From Phoronis australis (taxonomy: Eukaryota; Animalia; Phoronida), in contig NMRA01000251.1 in NCBI GenBank assembly GCA_002633005.1, forward strand, positions 311,997 through 375,996: a DNA stretch of 64,000 nucleotides, in the 5' to 3' direction. The notes below the pieces were generated by a model. The model was not told the origin of the DNA. It ran no database searches and saw nothing but the letters and a program-made list of their open reading frames with translations. This document shows, piece by piece, positions 1-13,149 of this stretch (positions within the stretch are counted from its first letter, which is position 1; each line of letters begins with the position of its first letter). The position numbers and the translations under genes are program-made.

Positions 1-4
1 TACC

Positions 5-322
5 AATAACACAAGATTTTGAGCTTAATAAGAGCGGCCGTTTATCAGAAAAGAAGAAAATGACACGAAAAGCTTTCACGGTATAAGAACTTAAAGGCCT
101 TCCGCGCCATTTGTCGTCCGATTTGATATAGGGCCACTATTACTAGGCTCAAAAGCTGTAAAAATTCATTAACAATAACACAAGATTCCGAGGTTAATAA
201 GAGCGGCAATTTATCAATAATAACGAAAATGACGTGGAAATCTTCCACGGTGGTATAAGAATGTCTTCCGCGCAATTTTTTGTCCTATTTGATACAGGGC
301 CAGTGCTACTAGGCTCAAAGCT
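5..322. repeat. Degenerate tandem repeat, about 169-bp unit, about 2 copies (may continue left of the window)
   Basis: aataacacaagatt...ttaataagagcggc...ctaggctcaaa recurs at 5 and 174. Confidence 0.8.
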
Positions 323-689
323 AACGTTTCAGTAATGGCATTTGACCGGATATTAAAGCGCTTTATCAGTTTCCACACTGTCTTGTTAATGCCGGTCTCG
401 GTCAGGTTATTTTTAAATACACGCACTTCCCATTTTGAAAATGAACTTCATGCTTCCATCGACTGTTTTAAAATTCCAGTTCGTTTGCGATGACGATATC
501 GGAAGCAAAATGAAAATGTTAAATCAAATCAATTTTGACAGCGATGTCATGACCTGTTTATTTACCTAAAAATATTCCAAGTTTCTATGTAATCCAGTTT
601 CCCTAAATCATGAACCAATCATTAGTCTCGTTTTGCAAGCGATATAAAGCTACAAAGATAATCGTTATTCATAAAGAAAATGAAACCGA

Positions 690-1300
690 CAGCGTTTAAC
701 TTGTCCACCACATACCTTAACATATGGTGTCTGCAATTTTAAGTCTTAGAAAAGATGGATGATTATTGAGTTCTCAATTGTTTTTCCCAAAATTATCGTT
801 CCTTAAAATGTAAGTAATCATTGTATAGAGCTCGATGCCATTGAATTGATGCTCAGTCTCTATATGCTTTGAAACGACGTCTTGAGCCAAATATTATCTC
901 AATATTTATCGATCTCCCTACAGCGTTGATCAAATTCTCTCAAAAAATTTACAAGATTGATGGTTTTCTTGATCAGGAGTTCTATTTGTTTTAAATAAAT
1001 CAAAAATATCTATAAGTATTTTCTGTCTTGATACTGTTATCTCGTCCCCTGTTAATATCTCTACAGGTTTGCCACAGGTTTAACGGTTTCAGGACCCTCC
1101 CTGTTTTTAATTGATATTCAATACTGTGCCAGCAAGGAAGGTTTCATTTTGTACGCCGATGACAGAGTTCTCTTATTTCCATTGCCTCCGAGCCTCACTG
1201 AAAAAATCATCATTTTGAACAAAAACAGCAAGGCGTTTCAAGTGATTAAGTGCAGTTTAATAAATCATCGCTCAATGCAGGTACAATTAAAGACATTTTA
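690..1300 (+). mobile_element. Decayed non-LTR (CR1/L2-like) reverse transcriptase fragment
   Basis: GLPQG-like codons near 1065, a GP.LF-like stretch near 1092, LYADD near 1149; frames are disrupted. Confidence 0.55.
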
Positions 1301-1399
1301 TGTTAATTTGGGAAAATCAAATTAACAAAGAAATTATTGATATATGAAGAGGTGAAAATATGTTAATATGAATTTTAGGGATAAAAAGACTATTTATCT

Positions 1400-2360
1400 C
1401 TCATTTAAAATTGATGAAATATTCTGAAATTGAAACAGGGATTGCAAAGTCAAATATTGTAAATTTTGGAAGTGGTTGTATAAAGTAAAACTGAAGTACC
1501 CAATCCTTTATGCAAATTCTAAGTAACTGGTCATTTTTCATAAATAAACATCCCCATGAAGATGCCAATGATTTATTCGTGACAAAGAAAATCTATCAAG
1601 TCAGCTTGTGCTGGTATTCGTTTTATCAATGACCTACATGTACTTGATGAAAATATCGGGCTTTCCTCATTTACTGAACACATCTCGAACATACTTACAC
1701 ACTCTTTGCAATGTTGTTGTCTGATTGAGTCTATTAAGTCAATTTTGAGGACAACACCGTTACAAACGAAGTTAATTAATGGACGAATAATACCTTTTAA
1801 TATCCCCAAGTTTCTAAACTCCACGCCAATGTGTAAAAGGACATATGAAATAGTTTTCCACTTTAAAAGTTTGCCTATTGCAAAAAAACGATTTCAAGAA
1901 AAAGATTGTAACCTTGGAAGTGATGAGTGGAAAATTTGATTTCCGTTGTCTTAGAACTACTTTCGATGTCAGCAGTTTAAGCTACAATGTATTTCATAGA
2001 ATACAGGCATCGAACTCTGTTCTTAAAAAATAAACTTGGTGGACTCTGATGTATGTTTTTCCTGCCAGAAAGGAACAGAAACAGTAGATCACATCATTTT
2101 CGAATACAATAATATCAAAAATATTAATGGAAGAATTATGCAGTTGAGTGTTATCAGTAAAAAGTATCATGTTGGTTTAAATAGAGTATTAAATTGGATT
2201 CTTTTACAATTGAAACATTATATTCACGCATCTAAGTGTAATATAATCCCCAGTTTCTGCCATTTTCTTAAGATATTTGAAAGATAGTTTATATTCAAAG
2301 TAGAATTTTATTAAGTAATGGTAATTTAGATGAATACCAGCAACTTGGAGTAACTGGTTA
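1400..2360 (+). mobile_element. Decayed L1/Tx1-like LINE 3' region (zf-RVT-like)
   Basis: ORF 2036-2287 contains C-x2-C-x4-ETVDHIIF, typical of L1/Tx1 C-termini; many stops. Confidence 0.55.
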
Positions 2361-2436
2361 ACCATAACATTTTCTTGGTAACATCCTACCTGAAGTGGGT
2401 GGGTATGTTAAGGGTGGCAGGTGCGTTTGCGAGTTC

Positions 2437-2484
<48 letters not shown>

Positions 2485-2510
2485 ATGTATGTGCGTGTGT
2501 GTGTGTGTGT
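2437..2510. repeat. (GT)n microsatellite
   Basis: Direct inspection. Confidence 0.95.
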
Positions 2511-3305
2511 TTGTTAAGGGTGAACACAGCTTGAATTTGTGTCGTTCATTTCTTTGTATTCATGTTCTTTATTTCAAAATTGTGTGAAACAGGCAATCTG
2601 TCCTTAATACTTACGGATTTTGCAATTCGAAGTACATGTATGCCACAGAAATGTGTAGACCTTACGTATCTTTCACCCTGTTTGCGTTTGTCTTATTTTA
2701 ATATTATTTTCCATGGTAAGTATTAGTAATTAGGTCGAGATTCCACGAAACCTCATTACATATGAAAGCAATTGAGTGGGTACACACAATGCTTAAGTGT
2801 GCTGTCACTCACTATAATCGCAATTTTAGTGTTGGATACACCATGAGAAATAATTAAACTGCGCAATTCATATTAAATTCAGTTACATGTAAGTTTGAAA
2901 GCATTTGGAGTTGATTTTTAGACCATTACTTGGGCTTAGGTTTCGAATGGATGAATTAACTTGAGTTAAATCCGTTTATGATGTTTTTACTTTAAATGAA
3001 GTGTACCTTTAAAAAGCCCATATAATTAGCAACTGTATTTTATGAACTAAGGTAACAGACAAAGTCGACTGACTCAGCTTATACAGGTTATCTGTCTCTA
3101 TTTAAAAATGTATATTTAGTGCTAACCAATGACAATGCAATGATATATACTGTTATACTTGTTCACAGTCATTTACAGTGTTCACAAGGCTTATACTGTA
3201 TCAAATCCATGGGGATTTTAACTGCGCCGTTTCCTGTTTGGGTTCAATATCTTTGTTCTCCATTGCAATGTTTTGTACCGTGTTGTATTGCATGGTTTCC
3301 AGCTG

Positions 3306-3401
3306 TTATCTAGAGCCCGAGTGGATTTTGGAGAATTATCGCCCGAGGGGCGTCTGCCACGAGGGTGATAATTCTCCAAAATCCACGAGGGCTCTAGATA
3401 A
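3306..3401. repeat. 96-bp imperfect palindrome with tandem GA/GA mismatches
   Basis: 46-bp arms, 40/46 complementary, 4-nt loop. Confidence 0.9.
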
Positions 3402-3977
3402 GGGTGATAACGGCTGAGAACATGTAATAATTTATTTATACCACATACTCAACGAAAAAGCATTGCAATGAATCGATTTACCTTTTCTGATTCTCCATGG
3501 CTTTGTAACTACTTTCTATGTCAGAGGCCCGGGGTCGGAGGTCGTGACCTTTTAAGAAAAGCCCGGCTATTTTTGTCAAATAATGCTTTTACTCAAAACC
3601 AATTGAAAACTTAAATATTATAGAAGTAAATTGAATTCATAAATTAAGGCTTACCAACTATTATAGCTTAAAACACATTTTTTTCACGCTAAGCTTCGAC
3701 CGGGAAATTATCGTCTGCTAAAGTAGGTTACCACTGGTAACTGAATATAATTCTCAAGTCAAAGATCCTGACGACAAGATACCCGAATTCAAACTGGAGA
3801 TCAGTGATTTACAAGTAAGAGGACATGAGAAAAAAAATCACCGAATTAAGACATCATTTCTATGGAAATTATGTCTTATTTTTCGTAGCGTATAAGTACA
3901 GCACAATGCGGTTTGTTGAACATGGGATTATTGCGCGTGCTCATTTAAGTATTCTATTTTCACTCTTGATGACGTCA

Positions 3978-4048
3978 GTCGCTGCGTGGTCTAGTGGTAA
4001 AGTCGGCGACCAGCAATTTCAGGGTCCCGGGTTCGACCCCATCCTCGG
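3978..4048 (+). mobile_element. tRNA-derived SINE head or tRNA pseudogene
   Basis: A box TGGTCTAGTGG and B box GGTTCGACCCC at tRNA spacing; anticodon and acceptor stems do not pair. Confidence 0.65.
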
Positions 4049-6889
4049 TTTCCCGCCAAATCGTTATCTCACTAGTGAGATAACTTTATGGGTTATTACA
4101 CGGTTGAATTTGCCATTTGACGCTAATAATGTGATATTCATACAATTATGTTTGGTCTTGTCAGACATTATAAAATTACACAGTATTTGTTGGCGCTCAG
4201 CAATTAGCGGCATTGGCGTTCTTTTGGCCCTTCATCCATGTAATTCTATTACTTGATGTGATGTAAAATTAAACTATGTTCCTCTCCCATTCTATCTGCT
4301 CTAAAGGAAAGCCGTAGATATCGCATATTGCAGTTGAATTTGTGCAAAATGGTGTTCATTTTCTGTGCACTATACGCACACTTTATTATCCATGGTACAG
4401 TGAGCGTCCACCATTAGAGATGCGTAAATTATTGTTAAGCTCCGTTCTGCTTATCTGGACAGGGTATTCATCCACAAAGATCCATTTTGTTACAGAGACT
4501 ACTTCTCTTACCCACATCTCTCATCATTGCTTGTAACTCATCTGAGGAGGCATAAGTACAACTTTTTGAAAGTCAGAACACGACATTAAAATGATTTCTA
4601 AAAATGTAGAACTGAAAGCGAATTTAAGGGTAAACACAAGCTTGAGTAGTATACAAACCTCAATTAACTCTCTAATCGCGAATGTTTCTTTTGTGCGCGT
4701 CTGTCGCACCTTCTCTATGTAATGTGTAGCGCTTCAGGGTTTACTTCCACTAGTACTGACAATGCATTGTTTCATGTTCGTGTACGGAAAATGCTATGCA
4801 TTACAAAACGCGAAAAAGAGATTCTCCCTACCTGGCAATGTATGCACTTGGGGTAAATACTTAACAACAGAGAACAGCCTGTCGCAACATAGAAAACAAG
4901 CAAGTCTCCAATCGAGTTCACGGAGCCTCGAAACAGAAAGCAAAACAGGCAACGCGTAGCCACTTATTTCATGAAATTGATTGTTTGGTTTTATCTGGCT
5001 AGACACGCGTGTCTGTCGTTGGGTAGAGCCATGCTACAGGCAGTGTAATAGGGCCGTCGTGGATTACACGGCTAAAACTCTCCTTTGTTCCGGAGATAAG
5101 AAAGCGCGTTACCTCGTTTGGCATATTTTGTGTGGCTCATTCGTACTAGGAAGACGAAGAATTTCACATCATGCATCCACGGGTATTTGTCCATTTTAGC
5201 TAACTTTCTCACGTCGCACTGCATGCCACTGCGTAGCTGTAATAAGTCGTTTGCATTGGAAGGACGATTAGATAAATGCAACCGAAAATTTTTTTTAGAA
5301 AATCAGACAACAACAAATAACATGTGAAACTCCAATGACAATAATAATGTGGCTGACGGATGTTTACGGCATTGCGGTAAATACAGCGAGATCTGAGTGT
5401 CGCAGTGTAATCCGGGAAGGCCCCTTTTCCCAGCGTTTAGCACAGTGGGTCAGTGCTGTATTGGTGAAATTAGAGTTAAGTATTCGGCCAGATGCCTGTG
5501 ATTTGGTCAGTTAAATATGCTTAAATTATTATGTTATTTAATTAAGGGCTGGATTGATAATCAGACTATTTCCAACCCCATTTGTCTCATTGTACCAAAG
5601 TAATCTGTTATACAGATGATCGAAGTTAACTTATGAGGCTGAAGTGAATTTAACAATAGGTTAAAGGACAATAGTAAGAGCAATCTCTGGTAGATCTTTG
5701 GCTATGAAAGCGAGCGTCCCCAAGTAATGAGAGCCTGTATCTCTGGACATTTTTGGTTCAGATTCCTGAACACTGTGGAATTACATTGTACAGTGTACCT
5801 GTAAGGACACTGGCAGTAATGAGTTTTCATACCGTGACATTACCTTTACAGAAGCAGAGAGGAGAGGATTTATTATATTCTTGTTGAAAAGGCGACTGGT
5901 ATGCTTGGATTGCTGAATGTTGACACACTGGTGATGCTTTCACAGCATACACGGACATTCTGTACAGATTGAAGCATGGTTGCGAGATTACTTTACTTTT
6001 AAAGTACTTAAAGCGACAAAAGACATGTGCTTCCTGTAAGTAAATGTTTTTTAATTTAGGCCACTTACACAGTATGACCTGAACTTTATGAGCTTGGTCT
6101 GAAAATTAAAGCGATAAAAGTTCTTCACGACCACTGACATCATTTCTATACAAGAAAGAAGATAACACCAATTTTGTAATTTTACATGTAAGTGTACTAC
6201 CTAAGTCTTGTTCCAGAGAGAAAGCAAGGGTTTCATATTGGCTTAAATTACCCCATGTAAATCAAAGATGAACTGTACATATAGTTTGCCCTGAACGTTG
6301 TTCAGCATAATTATGCAGTTGTCACAATATCCAGTTACGAAAAACGTGTATTGTAGAGTCACGCGGGTGAGGTCCGTACACGTAAGAATCTGCCGAAGGA
6401 ATGTGAAGCGACCACTACATGTATGTCTAAGCAATAAAAGTGCCTCAGAATATATGCAGTGCAAGGACAGATGTTTGATTTTAAGGTATTTGCTGACTGA
6501 GATGAAGTATGACTCTTTGTGGGTTTGTTATTGCAATTTGAAAGTGACTAAAAAGGGGGTTGCGTCATATCCACAGGCAATACTAGTTAACGTTTATACG
6601 AATATCTGACGAGTACCTTGACGTTTCAAAGGTGATATCCGCTGACAAGTGCATTGTTTTCCCATCGTCAGGTGTTAACTGGTATGTCGCTTGTCAGTCA
6701 CTGATTGTTTATGCAGTGGCGGATCTAGGATATCACAAGGGTGAGGGGGTTTGCCCCCCCCCTCCTGCCCAGGAAAGTTTTCTGTTTTTACCTCTAAAAA
6801 TCAAGCATTTTCCTTGATTCCTGAAGTATTATCCAAGAAAAAAAGGCAAAAAAAAACACGGAGAACGTGTCAAACAGGAAAAACTTCAA

Positions 6890-6956
6890 GTACCAAAGAC
6901 TCGAACTCACGACCTGACGAATAGAGCGCGCTTGCGTTACCTCTACACCACCACGA
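6890..6956 (-). mobile_element. tRNA-derived SINE head or tRNA pseudogene
   Basis: Minus strand A box TGGTGTAGAGG and B box GAGTTCGAGTC; no intact cloverleaf. Confidence 0.55.
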
Positions 6957-7392
6957 TTTAACTACTAATCGCATACTAAGAGACCTACTTGTGTATGGTC
7001 CACAGCGTTTGCGCACGAATTCTACTTCTTTTTGTAATGCTTATTTCACGTTTTATATTTTGTGCCATCAATTCTTAACAAGTTTGTCGTATTTAAAATA
7101 GTCTTTAAATGCCCAAAAGACCAAATCCGTTTTTCGTGTTGGCAATAATGACGGGATTGCTTTGGAAATCGTCTTAAGATAAAGTTTGACAAAGAGAGTA
7201 TTGCGAGTTTCCGAGTGATTCACTAAGGCTTCGATTAAAATTCACATCTTACCAGCAGCTTCTGTTTCACTCAGGTTCCATTTTCATTAAAAAATGAAGT
7301 AAATTTCTTCATTGCACAGTGGAGCAGATGACGGAGACGGAGTCGTAGTGCGCAGCGCCACTGCCGGTCGCCTGGGATATCGCGGGAGAGCC

Positions 7393-7634
7393 NNNNNNNN
7401 NNNNNNNNNNNNNNNNNNNNNNNNNNNNNNNNNNNNNNNNNNNNNNNNNNNNNNNNNNNNNNNNNNNNNNNNNNNNNNNNNNNNNNNNNNNNNNNNNNNN
7501 NNNNNNNNNNNNNNNNNNNNNNNNNNNNNNNNNNNNNNNNNNNNNNNNNNNNNNNNNNNNNNNNNNNNNNNNNNNNNNNNNNNNNNNNNNNNNNNNNNNN
7601 NNNNNNNNNNNNNNNNNNNNNNNNNNNNNNNNNN
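7393..7634. other. Assembly gap (N run)
   Basis: N run. Confidence 1.
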
Positions 7635-8176
7635 GCCCCCCCCCCTCCCCAAGACTGAAACTGCACACATTTAAATCTTTTTTCATCCGTATAATTTTAA
7701 TTACCGGGGTTAATTAATGAACTCAACATTTCCCCACGCTCTTACTGTTTGATGGTTTATGTTCCTATGGACTTACGAAATAGAGAAAAACTTACACATT
7801 AAGTTCCGCACAAAACTAACACTAGGTTACTAAGCTTAAAATTGATGGTGGCGGTGATAACAACACACTTCTCAATCATATTCCACTCTCTTAAAGGTTA
7901 TCATAATTATTTTCTGTAGACACTCTTATGTGGAGTGTCCCATGGCTTGAAACGTTTCCAGTCCAAGCAATCACAAATGCGACTTTCATGAAAAACTTGT
8001 TCCAAGATATCAGGTTTTCTAAACGATGCACCCCCGGGTTCTATTTCATGAATTAAGGGTTGCTCTTATACTCCTCAGAGGTATTTCTTAAAAACAGGTC
8101 TTTCTTGAGCAAAGACTCTCATTTAAAGTGTTGAGTGGGCGTACCCCAGACCCTGTTTGTTAGTTCAATACCTTAA

Positions 8177-9844
8177 AGGAGAATGCCACCCGATTTAATT
8201 AGTCTTTTTTGCCGTCTTAATCGATCTATATCCACATCGCCTCGCATACCGTCGACCTTACCTTGCCAAGAGGTGTCGCGTTAACCTGTGAGGAAGGTGA
8301 GAAACGACGCTAGCGACGTCAGTGGTTCATATGCAGAGTGAATGCCGCTATGTTGCGGTGCATCGTTCCCACTTGTCCGAACTAAGCAGATGCGAGGAAA
8401 ACGGGTATATCGTTTTTTTACTTCCTCGAGAGTCCGAAAAGCTTAGAAAGTGGCTCATGGTAGTGAGGAATGAAATGTACGCTGTAAATAGCAAGCATGA
8501 GGCCGTGAAACATCTCCGTGTCTGTTGCCTGCAGACGTCGACAGTGCCTGACAAATGCCGGCTTATAAAATAACTCCATACGTTCCGTTGTCTGAGCTTG
8601 TTCACGGCGCCTCTCTAGTATTTCTTCATCACACTATTCCTGTTCGAATTGATAGCCTGTGAAACTTAACGATCCACCTGCGATGTCGGGAGTGATGAGC
8701 TCCAGCTCGTCCTAAGTCGGGATTGCGAGTTGCCATGTTGGCGTTTATTACTGAGCGTTCTGTTTCAAAATGAATTATTCTCACCCTAACCAATACTTAT
8801 ATTAAAACTGAAACAAAGTCTGTCTCAGATGCAATTTTTAATGCCTTTGGAGTGTTCGTGAGTGCAAATGATTTGAGAAGCCAGCAATTAATAAATCTCT
8901 GCGTTACCGGCTTTAGGTGCAATAAAACTAATTGACGGGACACCGAGGCCGTGTGAGTTCAACTTAGTGTTGGCTGGCAGAAACTGTTGTGAAACAAATC
9001 GATTTTCATCCCACGGCCAGGTGTTAGGGGAATCTTTATTTACATTTACATTACTCAAATAATGATTGTCATTGTATAACTTCTGCCCTGAAGGTGCTGT
9101 GGCCAAAGCGGAACCTGAATTCAGGGCCCCCGACGAGAAAGTAGATTTGCAGTTTCGAGGCTAATTCACAAACAACACGTGCACACTGCTCGGCTCACTA
9201 GTATAGTATTATCTTGACTGGAAGTTTAGTTTCCACTGAACTTTGGCTGATTTATGTTCGTGATGTCTGATCAGTTTCCGAGCCACTGACATGCCTGGGA
9301 TAACGAGTCAACCCGGCCGGCCGCGACGGGCCTGATCGGGCTCCGAGTCAATGGCCAGGATAACATTGTCAAGCGTTTTGTCACTCGAAAAATCACAAGT
9401 CTAAACAACACAGATATAGGTTCTCCTGTCTGTATCGCACGGAAAATACTTCGAAATTATCTCCGAACAGAAAACTGCTGCTGCGGACCTTATTCGCCTG
9501 CCGAACTTTGTAGGCTACGGTGTGTCCAAATACCAATAAATCCGTATCAGCGAAATAAAACAACACATTTTTATAAGAACTCGGCGTATTTTTAAGGGTT
9601 TTACATCGAAGTTTGATGATTTATTGGTGTTAAGCGATGACTTCAAGCGATAAGCTGACACCAGTAACCCGTGTTGTGAACAGCTGAACAGACTGCGTTT
9701 GAAACCAATGACGTCTTTGTACAATTTGAACACCTCCGTCTGCCGTCAGGTGTCAGGTAACGCAACCGTACGTGTCGTTATGGAGTAGAACTACTCGATC
9801 TAAATTGATACAAATTAGGTTGTTTTTTTGGGTGGCATGCTCCT
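8177..9844 (+). mobile_element. Non-autonomous Kolobok-like DNA transposon, 1668 bp
   Basis: TTAA on both sides (8173-8176, 9845-9848); 15-bp TIRs AGGAGAATGCCACCC / AGGAGCATGCCACCC with 1 mismatch; frameshifted THAP-like remnant at about 8342-8540 (MPLCC...LP...LRKWL.VVR...LRVC). Confidence 0.8.
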
Positions 9845-11717
9845 TTAAGTCCAAGTAACATTTAAACCTGAGCCTAAATGATGTCTCAAGAGAAAACAAG
9901 ACATGAGAGCACGAGGCGAGATATCTCCGTAGGAAGTGGTTGGCTATATGAATTCGAATTTTATCACTTATAAAAGGCGAGAGTTGAGCAGATGTCGGGA
10001 TTATCATTTATTTACAATTTCAAGTGTGTTTCATTACCCGATACTGATACTGTTTGTTTGTACTTGTTTTCGCTGGGAAGGATGGTTACATGCGTACTTT
10101 GTCAAACAGGGAATGAAATATATCTTAGTGGCGTACAAATGTTACAAACGCGACTTTAATTTACGTCTAACCTACAGTATGCTTTAGAGCAAATGGTCAT
10201 ACTCGGGCACCAACCATTCTCGTGTGTCGATTACAAGTACATGTACATGAAAAATCTAATGCGTTCCTTGACATGATTCTCCGGGGTATTGTTATAGTTT
10301 GAAGTAGATTTGTGCCTCATTGATCAGTTGTTCCCTGGAAATTTGACTGTGTCACCGTAGGCAAACTTTTGAAACCATAAATTCTCAATCTTTCACGTCA
10401 TGAACGGTCAATACAGAAGTAACCCGCAAGCTCATTCAATACAAAGTATATTCGTCTATTTTTCGTGTGTTATGTTATCGTGTACATTACACTGTCGTAG
10501 GGAAACAAGAAATACATACAATGTAGAATGAGCGTGATGCAACCATAGGTTTACTGAAATGTCTCCCCTACAACAAATGATAGGATACTGGTGACGAGTA
10601 AAAAATCCCTGGTTGCCGTACAGGCTGAACACGTGAGGAGTGTGTCTGTCCTTTTATTTAGTGGAACGATAATGTCTGATCAAAACCGAGAAATCTACTC
10701 AGTGAATCATTTTGATACCGTTGGACTTCTTGGCCATAAAACTGGTAGTGTGGTGATAAAACATCAATCACTTTGCATATTTCCAGTTTTTGCTGCAACA
10801 GCTGTAACCCAAGAATACTGAAGCAATGGTGTGACCAGTGATACGGCAATATACACGAAAGTTACACAAAACTTGGGAAGAAGACAGGGTCGAACGTCAC
10901 TATCAACAGTCCAACACCTGAAACCTTCGGCATCTTCAGTCTTCATCACCGAGCCGTCCTCACGCGTTTCACGAACTTCACGAAAAATAATAGTTACAAA
11001 GGCTCACCACATTAATAAATATCGCTCAGCACTTAGGAAGTATATTTAACAAAACATCAGAAAGTACAGCGTCAGTGTTCACACAACAGTTCATCACACA
11101 CGTGTGCTCACCATCGCCGATCAACTAGAACTCTCGAATACACTCAAAACTGCCACCTAGTGGGGAATAACTAACACCAGTCTCTGATGAATTATTTAGT
11201 ACAGCACTTTAGTTATCCTTAGAGTTTTATGTAACCTTAATCAGAGGGAGGCTGAGTGAAATTTATTGTCTTTACTCCAACAAAAAGATCCACCACCCGT
11301 CAGTTGATTTACATGCATTCGAGTTTGAAGTTTTGTTTTTGGTTAAATTTGCTCTTCATAGGACTAAAAACAGTTCGAACATTCCATTTCTCTCCTCACA
11401 TGTATGAGGGATAACGTATATTTATCATAGCTGTGGGTTATTTTATCCAAATACGCTATATGCAAGCCGATTTAGGGCCTAAACGAGGGCTTGCATATCG
11501 AGACCGGAAAAGTTGGCGGCAAGTACCGTACGATGTACACGGTCAGCAACACATTGTATTGTATTCGATTTTACTAGTCAACATTTTCGGGTTTTAGACT
11601 TTATTTCACGGCTATACTTAAATTCTGTTCCGAAATCGAATTATCAAAAAGTATTTCGGCAACAGGTTAACATTACTCAAAATGATTATACAGAAACAAC
11701 TGGCGCGGGCGCGCACA

Positions 11718-11724
<7 letters not shown>

Positions 11725-11782
<58 letters not shown>
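11725..11782. repeat. (CA)n microsatellite
   Basis: Direct inspection. Confidence 0.95.
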
Positions 11783-11785
<3 letters not shown>

Positions 11786-13149
11786 GCTACGCAATTTAGA
11801 GTAGTTTTTTGGAAAGTCTTGTAAACGCAACTGCTGTAACAGCCAAATTTTTCATATGTAGTTGCAGAACCAACGCTCAGGAACAAAATGTTAAATCTTT
11901 TCCTAAAATGCAGCAACATGGTTTTAACACCCACTCCTAGCATGTCGTTTGATAGTTTGGCGAATGTGATTCCAAGACTGGGGTCAAAAAAAAATAACAG
12001 AGACCAGACTTATTCCCGGTACCTGGGCAGATGGACCACGGGTCGGTTTCACTTGATGAGCTAATATATCAACATGAAAGCGAAGCAATGTACTCATGAT
12101 TGATTTGATAACTATAACACTCGGTCAAAACTGAGTTCACTGTGATACATGTATATATTTATTGAAGGATACACAGAACATACAAAGAAATAATAACAAA
12201 CCCAGAAACCGCGAAGCATTATATCTGGGTTGTAAATAATTCATATATACAGTGTACATAGAGGTATATACAATTAAGTAGTATCTAAAATAAGCATTCC
12301 AATACTTAGATATGCTATTACAGATATATAAAAACAAAAATATGTACAGATTCATGTAGGGAAATCAGATGCAACAATATTGATAAACGGTACATAAAAA
12401 TTTACTAATGTTGCTTAGGAGGAATTCGTTGAGAACGAAGTCAAGGTTAGGACTACCATTCAGTAATAATGTAACCCTAGTAGGGATATTATTACAAGAA
12501 CTGAGAGCGTTAACAATTGATTGGTTAAAACTGAGTCGCGCAGACAGCCGGAAATTCATAGTTCAAAGTCTACGTCGCGCCTTAGGGTCGCAAGCTCTAG
12601 TAAAAGCAGAGAAGTTATAAGTTAATGGATTACATTGGTTGCGTGGGGAAGCTGGCATTCCATGGTTAGAGTTCGATGATATTGATTAGTAAATATCGGG
12701 GGCTGCCTATTTCTGTCAAAGATTGTTTTGCTGACCATAAATATTTGTGTTAGTTGAAAAAATCAAAACCCAAAACTTGTAAAGTCAACGTTTGAATTCT
12801 TGATAATTGAAAGCTAACCTGAAATAATAAATATGTAACGGGGGCGGTACATTGTATCTACGACCAAGGCGCCCCGATTTTACGAGCCCGGTGCAGACTG
12901 AGGGTGATGTCGAAAACTAAAAGTTGGTGAATAATACATAGGTTTATTGTAAGAATATATAACTACAATATTCCACACTTACAAGCAATCCAGTTGTTAA
13001 CTAATGTTTTCGTACCTCATGAATGTGGTCCCTTTAAACTGATCGCTCCGAACCCCATCCCAGTATTCACCCCTGTCATTAAACTAATCTGCCTTTTTTC
13101 TATGGACTGTGGGAGTGCAGGGCAATAGGCAGTATATTGTTTTTGGAAT

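Noticed and set aside
3978-4048. Functional tRNA gene
   Set aside because: Only the A and B boxes are retained; acceptor and anticodon stems do not pair
5347-5382. ATG-MWLTDVYGIA|gtaaat as EPS15 exon 1
   Set aside because: Phase fits, but there is no resemblance to Eps15 N-termini and the donor is weak; unsupported
6715-7363. hAT-like element bounded by cagtggcg/cgccactg
   Set aside because: Only an 8-bp match and no target-site duplication
7271-7686. Long ORFs spanning the gap (also 44649-45278)
   Set aside because: Artefacts of translating Ns
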